Part shown: positions 1 through 9,914 of the stretch, piece after piece
Position numbering within the stretch: position 1 is the stretch's first letter
How the letters are laid out: every line of letters begins with the position of its first letter
NCBI GenBank assembly: GCA_963422735.1
Contig: OY730476.1
Span: 1,696,001 to 1,760,000 of the forward strand
DNA length: 64,000 nt
Origin: Candidatus Latescibacterota bacterium
GTDB taxonomy: Bacteria; Latescibacterota; UBA2968; UBA8231
Reading direction: 5' to 3'
Position numbers and translations under genes: made by a program
Notes under the pieces: generated by a model
The model's database searches: none
Seen by the model: the letters and a program-made list of their open reading frames with translations, nothing else
Told to the model about the DNA's origin: nothing

Positions 1-282
1 TCGGCTGGAGCTGCGATTGACGTCAAAACATCTGATCCACTCGACCGCTCCATCCAGTCTCTAGGCGGCAGTGTAGTGGGACTTCTCCGGGGCTTGGGGC
101 AACCTAGTCGGAATGGCGGCGAGACTTACCATCGTATTAAGGCACGGGATCGTAGAAGCGTCTTTAGATCTTGCCCTGACGTCCCGCCTGCTCGTTTGCC
201 GAATGTAGCCAAAATTCATATCCTATTATATTTTATGTCCGCATGTTCGCCATTATTCACCTTTCATCCTAGGGGAGCTACA

Positions 283-528
283 ATGGCCAAGTCGATGTTT
301 TCTCGGGAAGTCGCCATCAAGCTCGAAGGCGAAATCGATGCCTTTCAAGCCTGTCGCATTCTATCGCAACGCGCACGAGACATCAACATAGAGCGCAAAG
401 GGAGAGAAACCAAAAGCGCGATTCCCGCAGAAGAGTTGCCCAATTCGTCGGCTAGTGCCATGCTGGATTTTGCCGAGGGGCGCATCGCCCTCGTTCCAGA
501 AGAGAGTGCGGACTCAGACGAGGCCTGA
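283..528 (+). CDS. rpoZ: RNA polymerase omega subunit-like protein (81 aa)
   Basis: ATG at 283 after GGGGAG RBS. ILSQRARDIN and PNSSASAMLDFAEGRI resemble omega motifs (AKRARQI, KP..ALREIAEG.I). Divergent. Confidence 0.6.
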   Translation: MAKSMFSREVAIKLEGEIDAFQACRILSQRARDINIERKGRETKSAIPAEELPNSSASAMLDFAEGRIALVPEESADSDEA

Positions 529-752
529 ATCGCCCGCCGCTAGCTACAGCCCACCTACGCTCCTTGTGGGCCTGCCTTCGCTGCCGTCTCCAACGAAAAG
601 CCAACATCTAGCCATCGCGCTGTCGGTCGCGTAGCTGTGCTTGCTGACTGAAAGGAGGCTGGGGACGGGGTCGTCTGCTCGGCGGGTTTTACGTCACCCT
701 TTGCCACAGCGCGAAAAAGGCGCTTCCACTAAACGCCTGTAAAGGAGGCGTC

Positions 753-1691
753 ATGGGCCTAGAAAAAAACTGCTGTCCCCGCCGCCGCTGGGGCAAGACC
801 CAGCTTTCCATACCAGTAATCCCATTCGGGACGCAAGGATTCGGCGGTCACTTCGGGCCGGTCAACGACGAAGAGGCCATGGCCCTGATGCGCCGGGCCG
901 TCGATTTGGGTGTCAATCACTTCGACTGCGCCCGCTGCTACGGCGACTCGCTGCACAAGCTGGGCCGCGCGATCAAGGAAGGCGTCATCACCCGCAACGA
1001 GATCATCATCAGCGGGCGCGTATGCTGCCACAGTGCCGCCGCGTGGGGTGGCTACGGCGAGGGACGGCCCGACTACTCGGCTGCGCGGGTTTGGGCCGAT
1101 GTTGAAGACCAGTTAAAAATCCTGGGGATCGAGAAATTCGACGCGATCTTCCTCCACGACCCGCACGAGATGGAGCCAACCCTTGAGGCGAGCGGCGCGC
1201 TCGAAGGGCTAGAACGGGCGCGCCAGCAGAGTGCGGTGGACTTCATCGGCTATGGCATGAGGCCCCACGACTTTCACCTAGAGCATATTGCTTCGGGCCG
1301 CGCCGACGTGATGTTGTGCTTCAACGACTACAACTTGCTCCAGCAAAGCGCAGCCGACGCTATCCTACCAGCGGCCGCGGCCGCTGATCTCGGAGTACTC
1401 AACGGTTGGTCGATCATGCGCGGCTGGCTGACGGGCGTACCCGTGGAGCACTTTATACCACGCAACAAGTGGGGCGAAGACCAGCAACGGGCCGAGGCCA
1501 TGCGCTTGTGGTGCGGCGAGCAGAGCATCGACATGCTGGAGCTGACGTTGCAATTTTGCTTGCGCGAGGAACGAATCCACGGCAACCCAATCGGCTCGCT
1601 GAACATCGAGCAGCTAGAGCGGAACGTCGCGGCCGCCATGGCCACCGTAGCGGACGAAACCATCGCCGCATTTAGGGCCGCAGCCCTTTGA
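753..1691 (+). CDS. Aldo/keto reductase
   Basis: RRWGKTQL..PVIPFGT, GVNHFDCARCYG, D..FLHDP; AGGAGG RBS. Confidence 0.9.
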   Translation: MGLEKNCCPRRRWGKTQLSIPVIPFGTQGFGGHFGPVNDEEAMALMRRAVDLGVNHFDCARCYGDSLHKLGRAIKEGVITRNEIIISGRVCCHSAAAWGGYGEGRPDYSAARVWADVEDQLKILGIEKFDAIFLHDPHEMEPTLEASGALEGLERARQQSAVDFIGYGMRPHDFHLEHIASGRADVMLCFNDYNLLQQSAADAILPAAAAADLGVLNGWSIMRGWLTGVPVEHFIPRNKWGEDQQRAEAMRLWCGEQSIDMLELTLQFCLREERIHGNPIGSLNIEQLERNVAAAMATVADETIAAFRAAAL

Positions 1692-1703
1692 ACAGGAGCA
1701 ACC

Positions 1704-2480
1704 ATGCGCATGAGTGCTGCTGAAGAGTACTACGCGCAAACGATGGAACTGTTGCAACGTCTGCGCGACACCCAGATGGAACCGCTAGGACGAGCCGCCG
1801 CGATCTGCACCGAGAGCATTGCCAACGGCGGGTTGGTCTTTCTCTTTGGCGCCGGGCACTCGCGGATGATGTGCGAGGAAATGACGCCGCGCCAAGGATG
1901 TTTCGTGGGGTTTTTTGCGTTGGTCGAGCTCGCAGTATCAACCCATGCATCGATCGTCGGCACCAACGGGTTGCGCGGGCCGCTCTTTTTGGAGAAGTGC
2001 GAAGGCTACGCCGAGGAGATTCTCCAAGGGTTCGAGTTTGGGCCGCACGATGCCTTTATCTTGATTTCGACGAGTGGTATTCGGCCCCTGATTGTCGAGA
2101 TGGCCATGGGCGCTAAGGCGCGGGGTTTGCCCGTGATCGCCATGTTGTCGAAGCCGCACGGCGACCAGTCGCCGCCAGCGCACTCGTCGGGCCAGAAGCT
2201 GATGGATCTAGCCGACGTCGTCCTCGACAACCAATGTCCGCCGGGGGACTGCGTGCTCGAACTAGAGGGATTGGAGTGGCGGACCGGGCCGGTATCGACG
2301 GTGACCGGCGCGATGATGATGAATATGCTGCGCTGCGAGGTGGCCGAGCGGTTGTTGGCGCGGGGGATAAAACCGGAGCTATTGCCGAGCCATCAGTTTG
2401 TGGGCAATGCAAGTGCGGAAGAGCAGCTAGAGCGGTTTTACGGAGGCTACCGCAAGAGCCTCAAGCATTTGTACGAGTAG
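1704..2480 (+). CDS. SIS-domain sugar isomerase-like protein
   Basis: VFLFGAGHS, ISTSG, ADVVLDN..P.GD, GPVSTV motifs of the SIS_2 family. Confidence 0.85.
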   Translation: MRMSAAEEYYAQTMELLQRLRDTQMEPLGRAAAICTESIANGGLVFLFGAGHSRMMCEEMTPRQGCFVGFFALVELAVSTHASIVGTNGLRGPLFLEKCEGYAEEILQGFEFGPHDAFILISTSGIRPLIVEMAMGAKARGLPVIAMLSKPHGDQSPPAHSSGQKLMDLADVVLDNQCPPGDCVLELEGLEWRTGPVSTVTGAMMMNMLRCEVAERLLARGIKPELLPSHQFVGNASAEEQLERFYGGYRKSLKHLYE

Positions 2481-2516
2481 CGTTTCAACGCCTCTACAAA
2501 CCCCTTCCACTGAACC

Positions 2517-3296
2517 GTGAGTACTCTCAAAAACAAAGTTTGTCTGATTACCGGCTCTACCGGCATCGCCGAGGCCACGGCTCTGCACGCAGCCGAGGAA
2601 GGGGCCAAGGTATTCGTCGCCTCGCGCACGGAAGACCATTGTAGGGTACTCGCCGAGAAGTTGGGTGCCCAAGGGGCGCATCGGGCAGCCGATCTGACGC
2701 AGCAGGAACAGGTCGCCGAAGCCGTGGGGGCCTGCGTGGAGCAGTGGGGGCGAATCGACGGGCTGTTCAATGTGGCGGGGATCAGCGGGCGGCGCTTTGG
2801 CGACGGGCCGCTGCACGAGTGTACAGAGAAAGGGTGGGACGCAACGCTGGACGCCAACGCCAAGAGCGCGTTTTTGGTGTGCCGCACCGTGCTGCAACAA
2901 ATGTTGACCCAAGAACTTTGCGAGGATGGAGTACGGGGAGCGATTCTCAACATGGCCAGTGTGTTGGCCTTTTCGCCGGAGCGGAAGTTTTTTGCCTCGC
3001 ACGCCTATGCGGCCAGCAAGGGGGCGATTGTGGCACTGAGCAAGGCCATGGCCAGCTACTACGCGCCGCACGGAATCCGGGTCAATGCCATTGCGCCGGC
3101 GCTGGTGGAGACGCCCATGAGCCAGCGGGCCGGAGAAAGCGCGGAGATCATGGCGTTTATGCGCGACAAGCAGCCGCTCGGGGCGATGATGAGTGCGGCG
3201 GATGTGGCTGGGATGGCGGTCTTTTTGCTGGGGGACCGAGCGCGGGCGATTACCGGAACTGTGGTGACCGTAGATGCAGGCTGGTGCGTGAGCTAA
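2517..3296 (+). CDS. Short-chain dehydrogenase/reductase
   Basis: TGSTGIA Rossmann motif, NVAG, YAASK catalytic motif, IRVNAIAP. Confidence 0.92.
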   Translation: MSTLKNKVCLITGSTGIAEATALHAAEEGAKVFVASRTEDHCRVLAEKLGAQGAHRAADLTQQEQVAEAVGACVEQWGRIDGLFNVAGISGRRFGDGPLHECTEKGWDATLDANAKSAFLVCRTVLQQMLTQELCEDGVRGAILNMASVLAFSPERKFFASHAYAASKGAIVALSKAMASYYAPHGIRVNAIAPALVETPMSQRAGESAEIMAFMRDKQPLGAMMSAADVAGMAVFLLGDRARAITGTVVTVDAGWCVS

Positions 3297-3310
3297 CGCA
3301 AGGAGGGCGC

Positions 3311-4288
3311 ATGAAAGAATACGTCATTGGCTTTGACGTGGGCGGCACTCGGGTCAAAAGCGGCGCGGTAACTCGGCGGGGGCGGATGCTGGCACCCGGC
3401 ATCAATCCGTCGGGTTTTGCGCTGGGCATGAGTAATTTGCTCAAGACGCTGCAAGAAGAATGCGCACGGATTGCCAAGCGGCTAGGCGGCAAGCCGCAGG
3501 CGATTGGCTTGGGCTTTCCCGGGGCGGTCGATCCCGAGGTCGGCGTGGTGTACATGCCGGGAAAGATCAAGGGGCTGGAAGGCTATCCCATTGTCAAACG
3601 GCTGGCCAAGGCCACGGGTGTCCCGGTCGTCGCCGACAACGACGGCCGCATCTCTATCTACGCCGAGCGGCACTACGGCCTAGCGCGGGATTTGGACTGG
3701 GCAGTGACGATCACCATCGGCACGGGGGTCGGCTCTGGAGTTTTGCTCGACGGCAACATCCTGCGCGACCCGCATCTCCAATTTGGGACGCAGATGAGCC
3801 ATATCGTCATGCAGGCCCTCGGCGGGCGGCTGTGCCTGACCAACGCACGGGGCACCGCCGAGATGATGTGCTCGGCCACGGCCCTGACTCAGCAGGTGCG
3901 GGATGGGCTGGCGCGCGGCATTCCCTCGGTTTTGAGCGACCAGTATTTCAAGGACCCCAGCTCGATTGACTTCAAGGCCGCGATCCGCGGCGTGGTGCGC
4001 CAAGACCGGCTCTGCATGGACGAACTGGAGCACTGGACCCGCAACCTAGGCTGGCTACTGGTGAGCGCGGTACACGTGTACGCTCCCCAGCAGATCATCC
4101 TCAGCGGCGGGGCGACCAATGCGGCCGAGCACTTTCTCAAGCCGCTGCAAGAGCAAGTGAACGAACACCTCTTCCGCCATCCAGCGGGCGCCGGCGTACC
4201 GATTGTGCTATCCAAGCTGCGCGATCACGCCGGCGTTTTGGGGACGGCGGCTCTAGCTTGGGAAAAGGTGGATGGAGGCCAATCGTGA
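3311..4288 (+). CDS. ROK family sugar kinase
   Basis: ATG at 3311 after AGGAGG; IGFDVGGT, GFPG, DNDG, ITIGTGVGSG. Confidence 0.9.
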   Translation: MKEYVIGFDVGGTRVKSGAVTRRGRMLAPGINPSGFALGMSNLLKTLQEECARIAKRLGGKPQAIGLGFPGAVDPEVGVVYMPGKIKGLEGYPIVKRLAKATGVPVVADNDGRISIYAERHYGLARDLDWAVTITIGTGVGSGVLLDGNILRDPHLQFGTQMSHIVMQALGGRLCLTNARGTAEMMCSATALTQQVRDGLARGIPSVLSDQYFKDPSSIDFKAAIRGVVRQDRLCMDELEHWTRNLGWLLVSAVHVYAPQQIILSGGATNAAEHFLKPLQEQVNEHLFRHPAGAGVPIVLSKLRDHAGVLGTAALAWEKVDGGQS

Positions 4289-5313
4289 AAGAGCAACCCC
4301 TGCGCACCACCGTTATCGGCTCCTATCCCTTCCCGAGCTGGCTCGAATACGCATCTGAGCATCTCAATGCCTTCGGCCCGGACGATATCGCCGAAATGCA
4401 GGACGACGCGGTCGTTGCCGCGCTCGGCGACCAAGTGCGCGCTGGGTTGGACGTAGTCACCGACGGAGAGCAGACCCGCTTTGATTTTAACCTCTCCTTT
4501 TACGGCTATCTCGAAGGCATTGACCTTGAGTCCGCACCGCCGAGGCACTTCGGCCCCCCCGCCCACGACCAGCGGGGACATCGCGCAATCACTGGCCCCC
4601 TGCAAGCACCGCACGGCTTGGGCGCGGTGGGGGAATTTGCGCGGCTCAAGCGATTGGCACCAGCAGGACCGACGCTCAAGGCCAGCGTACCGGGGCCTTA
4701 TACGTTGAGCGGCCGATTGGTGCCCAACGACCAGTACCCGGATCGCTGGGCCGTGACCGAGGCCCTGTTGCCGATTGTGCGGCGCGAGTTGGAGGCACTC
4801 TGTGCGGCGGGTTGCACGGAGCTGACTGTCGATGAGCCGTCGATGAGTTGCTATGCCCACCGCGAGGATCCAGCGCGCTTCGTCGATATCTTCAACCGCA
4901 CGATCGAATCTGTCGTGGGAAAGTGTCGGCTCTCGACCCATCTGTGCTTTGGCAACTACAAGGGCCGCGCCGTGGGGCTGCGCCGCTACTCGCCCATGTT
5001 CCCGGCCTTCTTGGACATGCAGGTCGATGAGATGCACGTCGAGATGGCCAGCCGCGAGTTCGCCGAGCTGGAGATCATCGGCCCGATCGCCGCGAAGATG
5101 GACGCGGCCGTGGGGATCATCGACGTGAAGAGCTACTACATTGAAACCGTAGAGGATATCGCGGCGCGGGTGGAGGCTTGTTTGGAGTATGCCTCGGCCG
5201 ACAGGCTCTCCTTCGCGCCCGATTGCGGGCTGAGCCAAACGGCGCGCTGGGCAGCAAAGCAGAAGCTGGCGAACATGGTGGCTGGGGTACGCGCCGTGCG
5301 GGAGAAGCTATGA
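4285..5313 (+). CDS. Cobalamin-independent methionine synthase II (MetE C-terminal-like) family protein
   Basis: TTVIGSYP, TDGEQ.R, DEP, HLC.GN and PDCG Zn ligands; GTGA overlap with the ROK stop. Confidence 0.88.
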   Translation: MKEQPLRTTVIGSYPFPSWLEYASEHLNAFGPDDIAEMQDDAVVAALGDQVRAGLDVVTDGEQTRFDFNLSFYGYLEGIDLESAPPRHFGPPAHDQRGHRAITGPLQAPHGLGAVGEFARLKRLAPAGPTLKASVPGPYTLSGRLVPNDQYPDRWAVTEALLPIVRRELEALCAAGCTELTVDEPSMSCYAHREDPARFVDIFNRTIESVVGKCRLSTHLCFGNYKGRAVGLRRYSPMFPAFLDMQVDEMHVEMASREFAELEIIGPIAAKMDAAVGIIDVKSYYIETVEDIAARVEACLEYASADRLSFAPDCGLSQTARWAAKQKLANMVAGVRAVREKL

Positions 5314-6250
5314 GCTATAAACCACTCGCCGTCCAGCGACCCGATCGCTACAAAGTCTCCACGGCGGAATACGCCCAGTACCAGAGGCAGGGTTTTCTAG
5401 TCGTCGAACGCTTGGTCGATATGGAGGCTCAAAGCGCATGTCATGGCCATGCTCAACGGCCAAATCGACGTTCCCGGCCAAGAGCCTCCGGCCCCGGGAG
5501 CGACGGAGGCGGAGCTGGTGCAGCGTTTCACGCGGGTGCATCAGCTACACCGCTGGGACGCCACCTGCGAGTGCTTTTTGCTACACCCGCGCATCTTGGA
5601 CGTTTTGGAGGTGCTCATCGGGCCGGATGTGCTGGCCTTGCAGACCATGCAGTTTTTCAATGCGCCGGGCATGGGCGGACAGGGTTGGCACCAAGATTCC
5701 TATTATATCACAACCTACCCAGATACCCTCATCGGCACTTGGTTGGCCTTGGAGCGGGCCGACGAAGAGAACGGCTGTCTGTGGGGCGCGCCCGGGTCGA
5801 ATCACGAGCCTATTTATCCATATGAAAGTCGGGGACACCTAGTCCACGCCGAGAGAGCCTTTGACGAAATTGAGGCCGTGGAGGGGATTAGCGGTCAATA
5901 CGCTGTCGGGAGTGGCGCGGCGCTACGGTGCTGCGGTGCCGGTAGTGGTAGAGGCCGGAGATGTAGTGCTCTTCCATCCGCATCTCCTGCACCGCTCCCA
6001 TTCCAATCGGTCGCCCGACCGCTGGCGTCGGGCTTTTGTCAGCCATTACTGCAATACCCGCTCTTGGGTGCTGTAGAACCACGGGATGCCATATAAGGTA
6101 CCGGCGGCCCATTACAAACACATTCTGGCGCGCGGGCGGACCATCTGCCCTTTGCCCGCCCCGCATTCGGTGCGCCGTGCGCGGCGTTGGCAACCGATGC
6201 AAATGGCGCTCCCGAGCGCATGGTGGCCAGTGGCGGCGATATGGAGAACG
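5310..6250 (+). pseudogene. Phytanoyl-CoA dioxygenase (PhyH) family, frameshifted
   Basis: N-term (YQRQGFLVV), middle (WHQD, ENGCL..PGS) and C-term (AGDVVLFH..LLHRS) lie in three different frames. Confidence 0.8.
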
Positions 6251-6256
6251 GGAGGC

Positions 6257-7063
6257 CTAGGGTTTATGATCCGTGTCAATGGGCACTTCGTCATTGTCTA
6301 GGAAGCGCTCGGTAGTGTTGTGGGTCGCCGGGCTGGTGCGGAAATCGGCGATCCAAGGCTGGCGGAAATAAGCCTGTTTTTCGCGCGGCAGACTGTGCAG
6401 CACCACTGGGGGGATCTTCAGCCGGTGCCAGTGGGTGGCCAAATGCGAATAGGCATGGAGGACGGTGACGCGCGGGGTATCGCGATTCCACACCGGTCCG
6501 GCGTGACACAAGTTTTCGGTAAAAAAAACCGCGCTGCCGGCCGGGCAGGCGTACGTGGTGAGGAAGGGACTGCGCTTGCCCTCTTCCAGCGACAGGTGGT
6601 CTTCGTGAATGGGGAATTCCGACTTGTGGCTGCCGAGTAAGAAATGGGTGCTCTGATCTTCTAGGGCAATATCGGTCAATTCAAAAATAACCCGCACCAT
6701 ACCGGCGTGGATGCGCCCGTTTTTCACCCGGTAGCCAAAAATGGGATCGGCTTGCCCGGGGCCACCCCCGTGCAGCGGGCCGTGCTTCTCGCCCTTTTTG
6801 CGCCAGACGCAGCTACAGCCTTCCAGCCGGATATCGGGCCCGATTACCTCCCGAATTACATCGACCACTTGGGGATGGTCGATCAGTACGCTGGCCGGAC
6901 CGCCGGGCACGTCGCGGTGTTCGGACGGCAGCGATTGGGGATCGTGTTTGATGCGGTTGATCTGATCGACCATGGCGGCGACTTGGTCGGGAGTGAGTAT
7001 GGCGGGACGTACCAAAAAGCCGGTGAGGTCAAAGCGAAATCGTTCTTCTTCGGTCATGGCCAT
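6257..7063 (-). CDS. PhyH-family Fe(II)/2OG dioxygenase
   Basis: FDLTGFLV, LHGG, LGSHK, AGSAVFFTE.LCH. Confidence 0.8.
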   Translation of the reverse strand: MAMTEEERFRFDLTGFLVRPAILTPDQVAAMVDQINRIKHDPQSLPSEHRDVPGGPASVLIDHPQVVDVIREVIGPDIRLEGCSCVWRKKGEKHGPLHGGGPGQADPIFGYRVKNGRIHAGMVRVIFELTDIALEDQSTHFLLGSHKSEFPIHEDHLSLEEGKRSPFLTTYACPAGSAVFFTENLCHAGPVWNRDTPRVTVLHAYSHLATHWHRLKIPPVVLHSLPREKQAYFRQPWIADFRTSPATHNTTERFLDNDEVPIDTDHKP

Positions 7064-7140
7064 GGGATATCTCTCGGGAAAGCGTTTTTCTGGTGGGTTT
7101 AGGAAACGACTCGGTCAACTGAAGCCGAGGGTAGCCGTCT

Positions 7141-8274
7141 TCAGTTGACCCCCTGCATGAGGCGTTGGGTGATGGAGCCTTCCTGGGTCAGGGCATAGAC
7201 GATCACGTTGACCGCCATCTGATTGTAGCGCGGGTTGCTGCCCCAGCCTACGTTGTCGATGCCGACCATCCGGCCGCGAATGAAGTACCCGTTGACGATG
7301 TCCCTCCAGTCAACTTGGCCTCCAGTACCGCCTTTCAGCGCGAAAAAAGCATTGAAAATGGGATGGTCCAAGGGTAAGCGTTCTTTCCAGAAATCGTACC
7401 CGTCCACTAAGCCGCCGTACTTTACCAAGGCTTCGCGGTGGTAGCCTCCCAAAACGAAGCCCCCAGACAGCATATAGCGAGCGTAGTTTTCCATCTCGAT
7501 CTCGTTGAGGGAGCCTTGAGGGATGAGAATCGGCAGTTCGAGTAGGCGTCTGTCGTCGTAGGTGATCGTGCCGATAAACTTAGCTTCGAGTCCGGTGTAC
7601 TCATTGATGACGTCGCACAAGGCGTCGATTGAGCGCAGATTCAAATTGCCGTAGCCCTGTATTTGACCGGTAACAGCGCGGGCCGAAATCACATGGGCTA
7701 TTTTGATGAAGCCCTTGACCGCTTGGGGATCGCTGACGTTCTGGATGACCATGGCCCGGTAGCGGCCGGTATCCATGCTATTGACATCGAGCATCTCCAA
7801 GGCCATGTCGATTTTGTGCTCCGGCATCCGCGTGCTGGTCACCGAGGTGGAGACGAGCTTGGGCTCGAGTACAAAGCTGTTTGCGGTACTAGCGGTAATC
7901 GGCTTGAACAAGCCAATACCCGAGTTGCCGACGTGGCTGGAAATCAACGAGCGAACATTGAAGTGGGTCGTGGCCTGCACTTGATCTAGGCGGGCGGCGG
8001 CCAAGTGGACTTGGTGGCGGGCTAGTTGGCGCTTGAGCTTGGGGATTTTGCGCAGTTCTAAGGGCTTGGTCAAGCGGGGCTCGCGCTTGATGAATTTGGT
8101 ACTGAGAGGCCGGGAGGCTTTGGTTTCGACTTGTTGGAAGGGGTTGAGAGCGACGAAGACCGACGTGAGGGCGATGGCTAGCACCAAGGACAGGAAAAGG
8201 CCTCGGTACTGGCGACGGACCAATTCGGCGAGGTCAAAACCGGAAGCAGGGGAAACGAAACGGGAAGAACTCAT
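7141..8274 (-). CDS. DUF4159-like membrane-anchored protein
   Basis: N-terminal TM helix; Y.LSGGF, LP.DHPIF.AFF, C-terminal VNVIVYALT. Paralog of 18574-19897. Confidence 0.7.
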   Translation of the reverse strand: MSSSRFVSPASGFDLAELVRRQYRGLFLSLVLAIALTSVFVALNPFQQVETKASRPLSTKFIKREPRLTKPLELRKIPKLKRQLARHQVHLAAARLDQVQATTHFNVRSLISSHVGNSGIGLFKPITASTANSFVLEPKLVSTSVTSTRMPEHKIDMALEMLDVNSMDTGRYRAMVIQNVSDPQAVKGFIKIAHVISARAVTGQIQGYGNLNLRSIDALCDVINEYTGLEAKFIGTITYDDRRLLELPILIPQGSLNEIEMENYARYMLSGGFVLGGYHREALVKYGGLVDGYDFWKERLPLDHPIFNAFFALKGGTGGQVDWRDIVNGYFIRGRMVGIDNVGWGSNPRYNQMAVNVIVYALTQEGSITQRLMQGVN

Positions 8275-8370
8275 CGCGCCCTCCTGAGAGGAGGTTGAAG
8301 AGAGCAGCCGCCAAATCGGTGCTCAAGATATCCCAATCCACCGCTGCAATCAAGCACAGCTCACACCCGA

Positions 8371-8949
8371 TTACAGAAATCCAGCAGGAACTGGGTTGCC
8401 GGCAGCCGCGAGGCCCGCGACGGAGATGTACAATTGGCCTAGCAAGGGGTCTTGGGGCAGGGTCCGGCGCTGCTTGGCAAAGAGCTTCATGGCAAAACGG
8501 ACGCAGGCTTCGGTGGCCTGACTGCCCACGCTCAAGTAGATGGCCCGATCTGCCAGTTGGGCGACCCAGTGATCGATGAGCAGGGGCCACGTATGGGTGT
8601 GAGGGCAAGTCTGGGTGAACTCTTCGGGGATGCCCGGGAAGAGAGCGGCTACGGCACCCACTCGAGGATCGGCTGCAGCCAAGCGCAGCACGCGAAACTC
8701 CATAGCCTGCAGTTTTTTACCCTTGACCCCAATCTGCTCTAGGCAGAAGTCGAGGGCGACGAATTGTGCAAAGGGATCGTCGCCGGCCATGATGGCCCGG
8801 CCCATGCCCAACTGGCACTCGCCGTGGTTGGGCAGATCAAAGCTGAGGACATAGTGCCCGGCCTGCAAAAAGGGATGGGTCGGATGGTTCTGGGTCTCGT
8901 CGTACAGGGCGAGCTGCGCCGTGGTGCTGACATTGAGCAATAAACCCAA
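8371..8949 (-). pseudogene. Degraded alpha/beta hydrolase-like fragment
   Basis: GHYVLSFDLPNHGE and LRLAAADPRVGAVAAL, but the nucleophile region is corrupted and there are several apparent deletions. Confidence 0.5.
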
Positions 8950-8999
8950 CCGATTGCCCCCAAGGAAGTTTCAGGCATGGCTAGGGTGCAGCGGAGTTG

Positions 9000-9396
9000 T
9001 TGGTTGCCGCCGGGCTGGCCCTGCTCGGCTTGGTTTTTTGGGCGTCTTCTACCTGATGGCGCGGTAGTTCAAGTTGCAGCTAACGGCTTGGCTTTTCCAG
9101 GGCTTTTTCGCGGTGCTAGTGGTGGTTTTCCAGGATGATTTGCGCCGGCTCTTTGAGCAGAGTGCCGCGCTCGGTCTGCGCCGCAAGGCTCCGCGGCCGG
9201 ACCGCTTCAGCTTGGGGCGCTGATCAGGGGGTTGCATCCGTTGGCCGCGAAAAAACGCGGGGCCTTGGTGGTTCTGCCGGGGCGCGAGCCGATAGAGCGG
9301 CATTTGCAGGGGGGCGTCTTTTTGGATGCTGAGATCAGCGAAGAACTCCTCGACAGCCTTTTCGACCCCGGGCTTCACCGCGCCTTTATGCCCTAG
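9000..9396 (+). pseudogene. Diadenylate cyclase CdaA/DisA_N remnant
   Basis: Manual translation: TM segment with in-frame TAG then VVVFQDDLRRLFEQ; second frame KRGALVVLPGREPIERHLQGGVFLDAEISEELLDSLFDPG, ending before the HDGA motif. Confidence 0.7.
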
Positions 9397-9399
9397 AAG

Positions 9400-9765
9400 T
9401 GGCCGACCTCGTGCAGAGCCGGGCGCGGCCTAATCTGGGACGTAATCGAAAATCTTTTCCCGGAAATCTACTACAAGATCATGCTAGGGGTGGAGGGACG
9501 CGAGGAGCAGATGGAGCGGGTCTGTGAGTCTATCCGCACGGTAGGCGAGACCGCATCGGCGTCCTCCAGCTCTTAGGGGGCCTGCGGACCGAGTATAGCC
9601 CCACTGGCCGAGGCGGGCGCTTTGACATGCAGGTCGCCGAGCAGATGCCAGCAGCGGCCATAGATTGGCTCGGCGGCGTCTATCCGACCTTGCCCGACCG
9701 CCCCTTAAGTGCCAAGCAGGTCTGGGACAATCTCTGCTACTTTTTCCAACGCGCCGTACCTACCT
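9400..9765 (+). pseudogene. Mannonate dehydratase (UxuA-like) remnant
   Basis: Fragments YYKIMLGVEGREEQMERVCESIR and PLSAKQVWDNLCYFFQRAVP. Confidence 0.55.
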
Positions 9766-9914
9766 ACATGGGTCCGTAAGGTATTGGGTGCGTTCTGGAG
9801 CTATTACGACAAGCCGGTGTAGAGCCGAAGGTAGAAATTGAGGATGCTTTGATCGGTACGACCCTAAGCAACATAGAGCAACTCAGGTGCTTTTTCTATG
9901 CCTACTTGTCGCTT

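Noticed and set aside
283-528. Omega-like gene as part of the mini-RNAP system
   Set aside because: About 31 kb away with no linkage evidence; most likely the ordinary rpoZ.
615-714. Structured ncRNA closed by TCGCGCTGT/ACAGCGCGA
   Set aside because: Only a 9-bp GC-rich stem; no SRP, 6S or riboswitch consensus recognised. An Rfam scan would decide.
2744-3310. Long N-terminal extensions in the ORF track (2744, 35907, 43874, 62806) and many antisense ORFs
   Set aside because: They overlap well-supported genes and have Arg/Ala/Pro-rich shadow composition typical of high-GC DNA; true starts have clear RBSs downstream.
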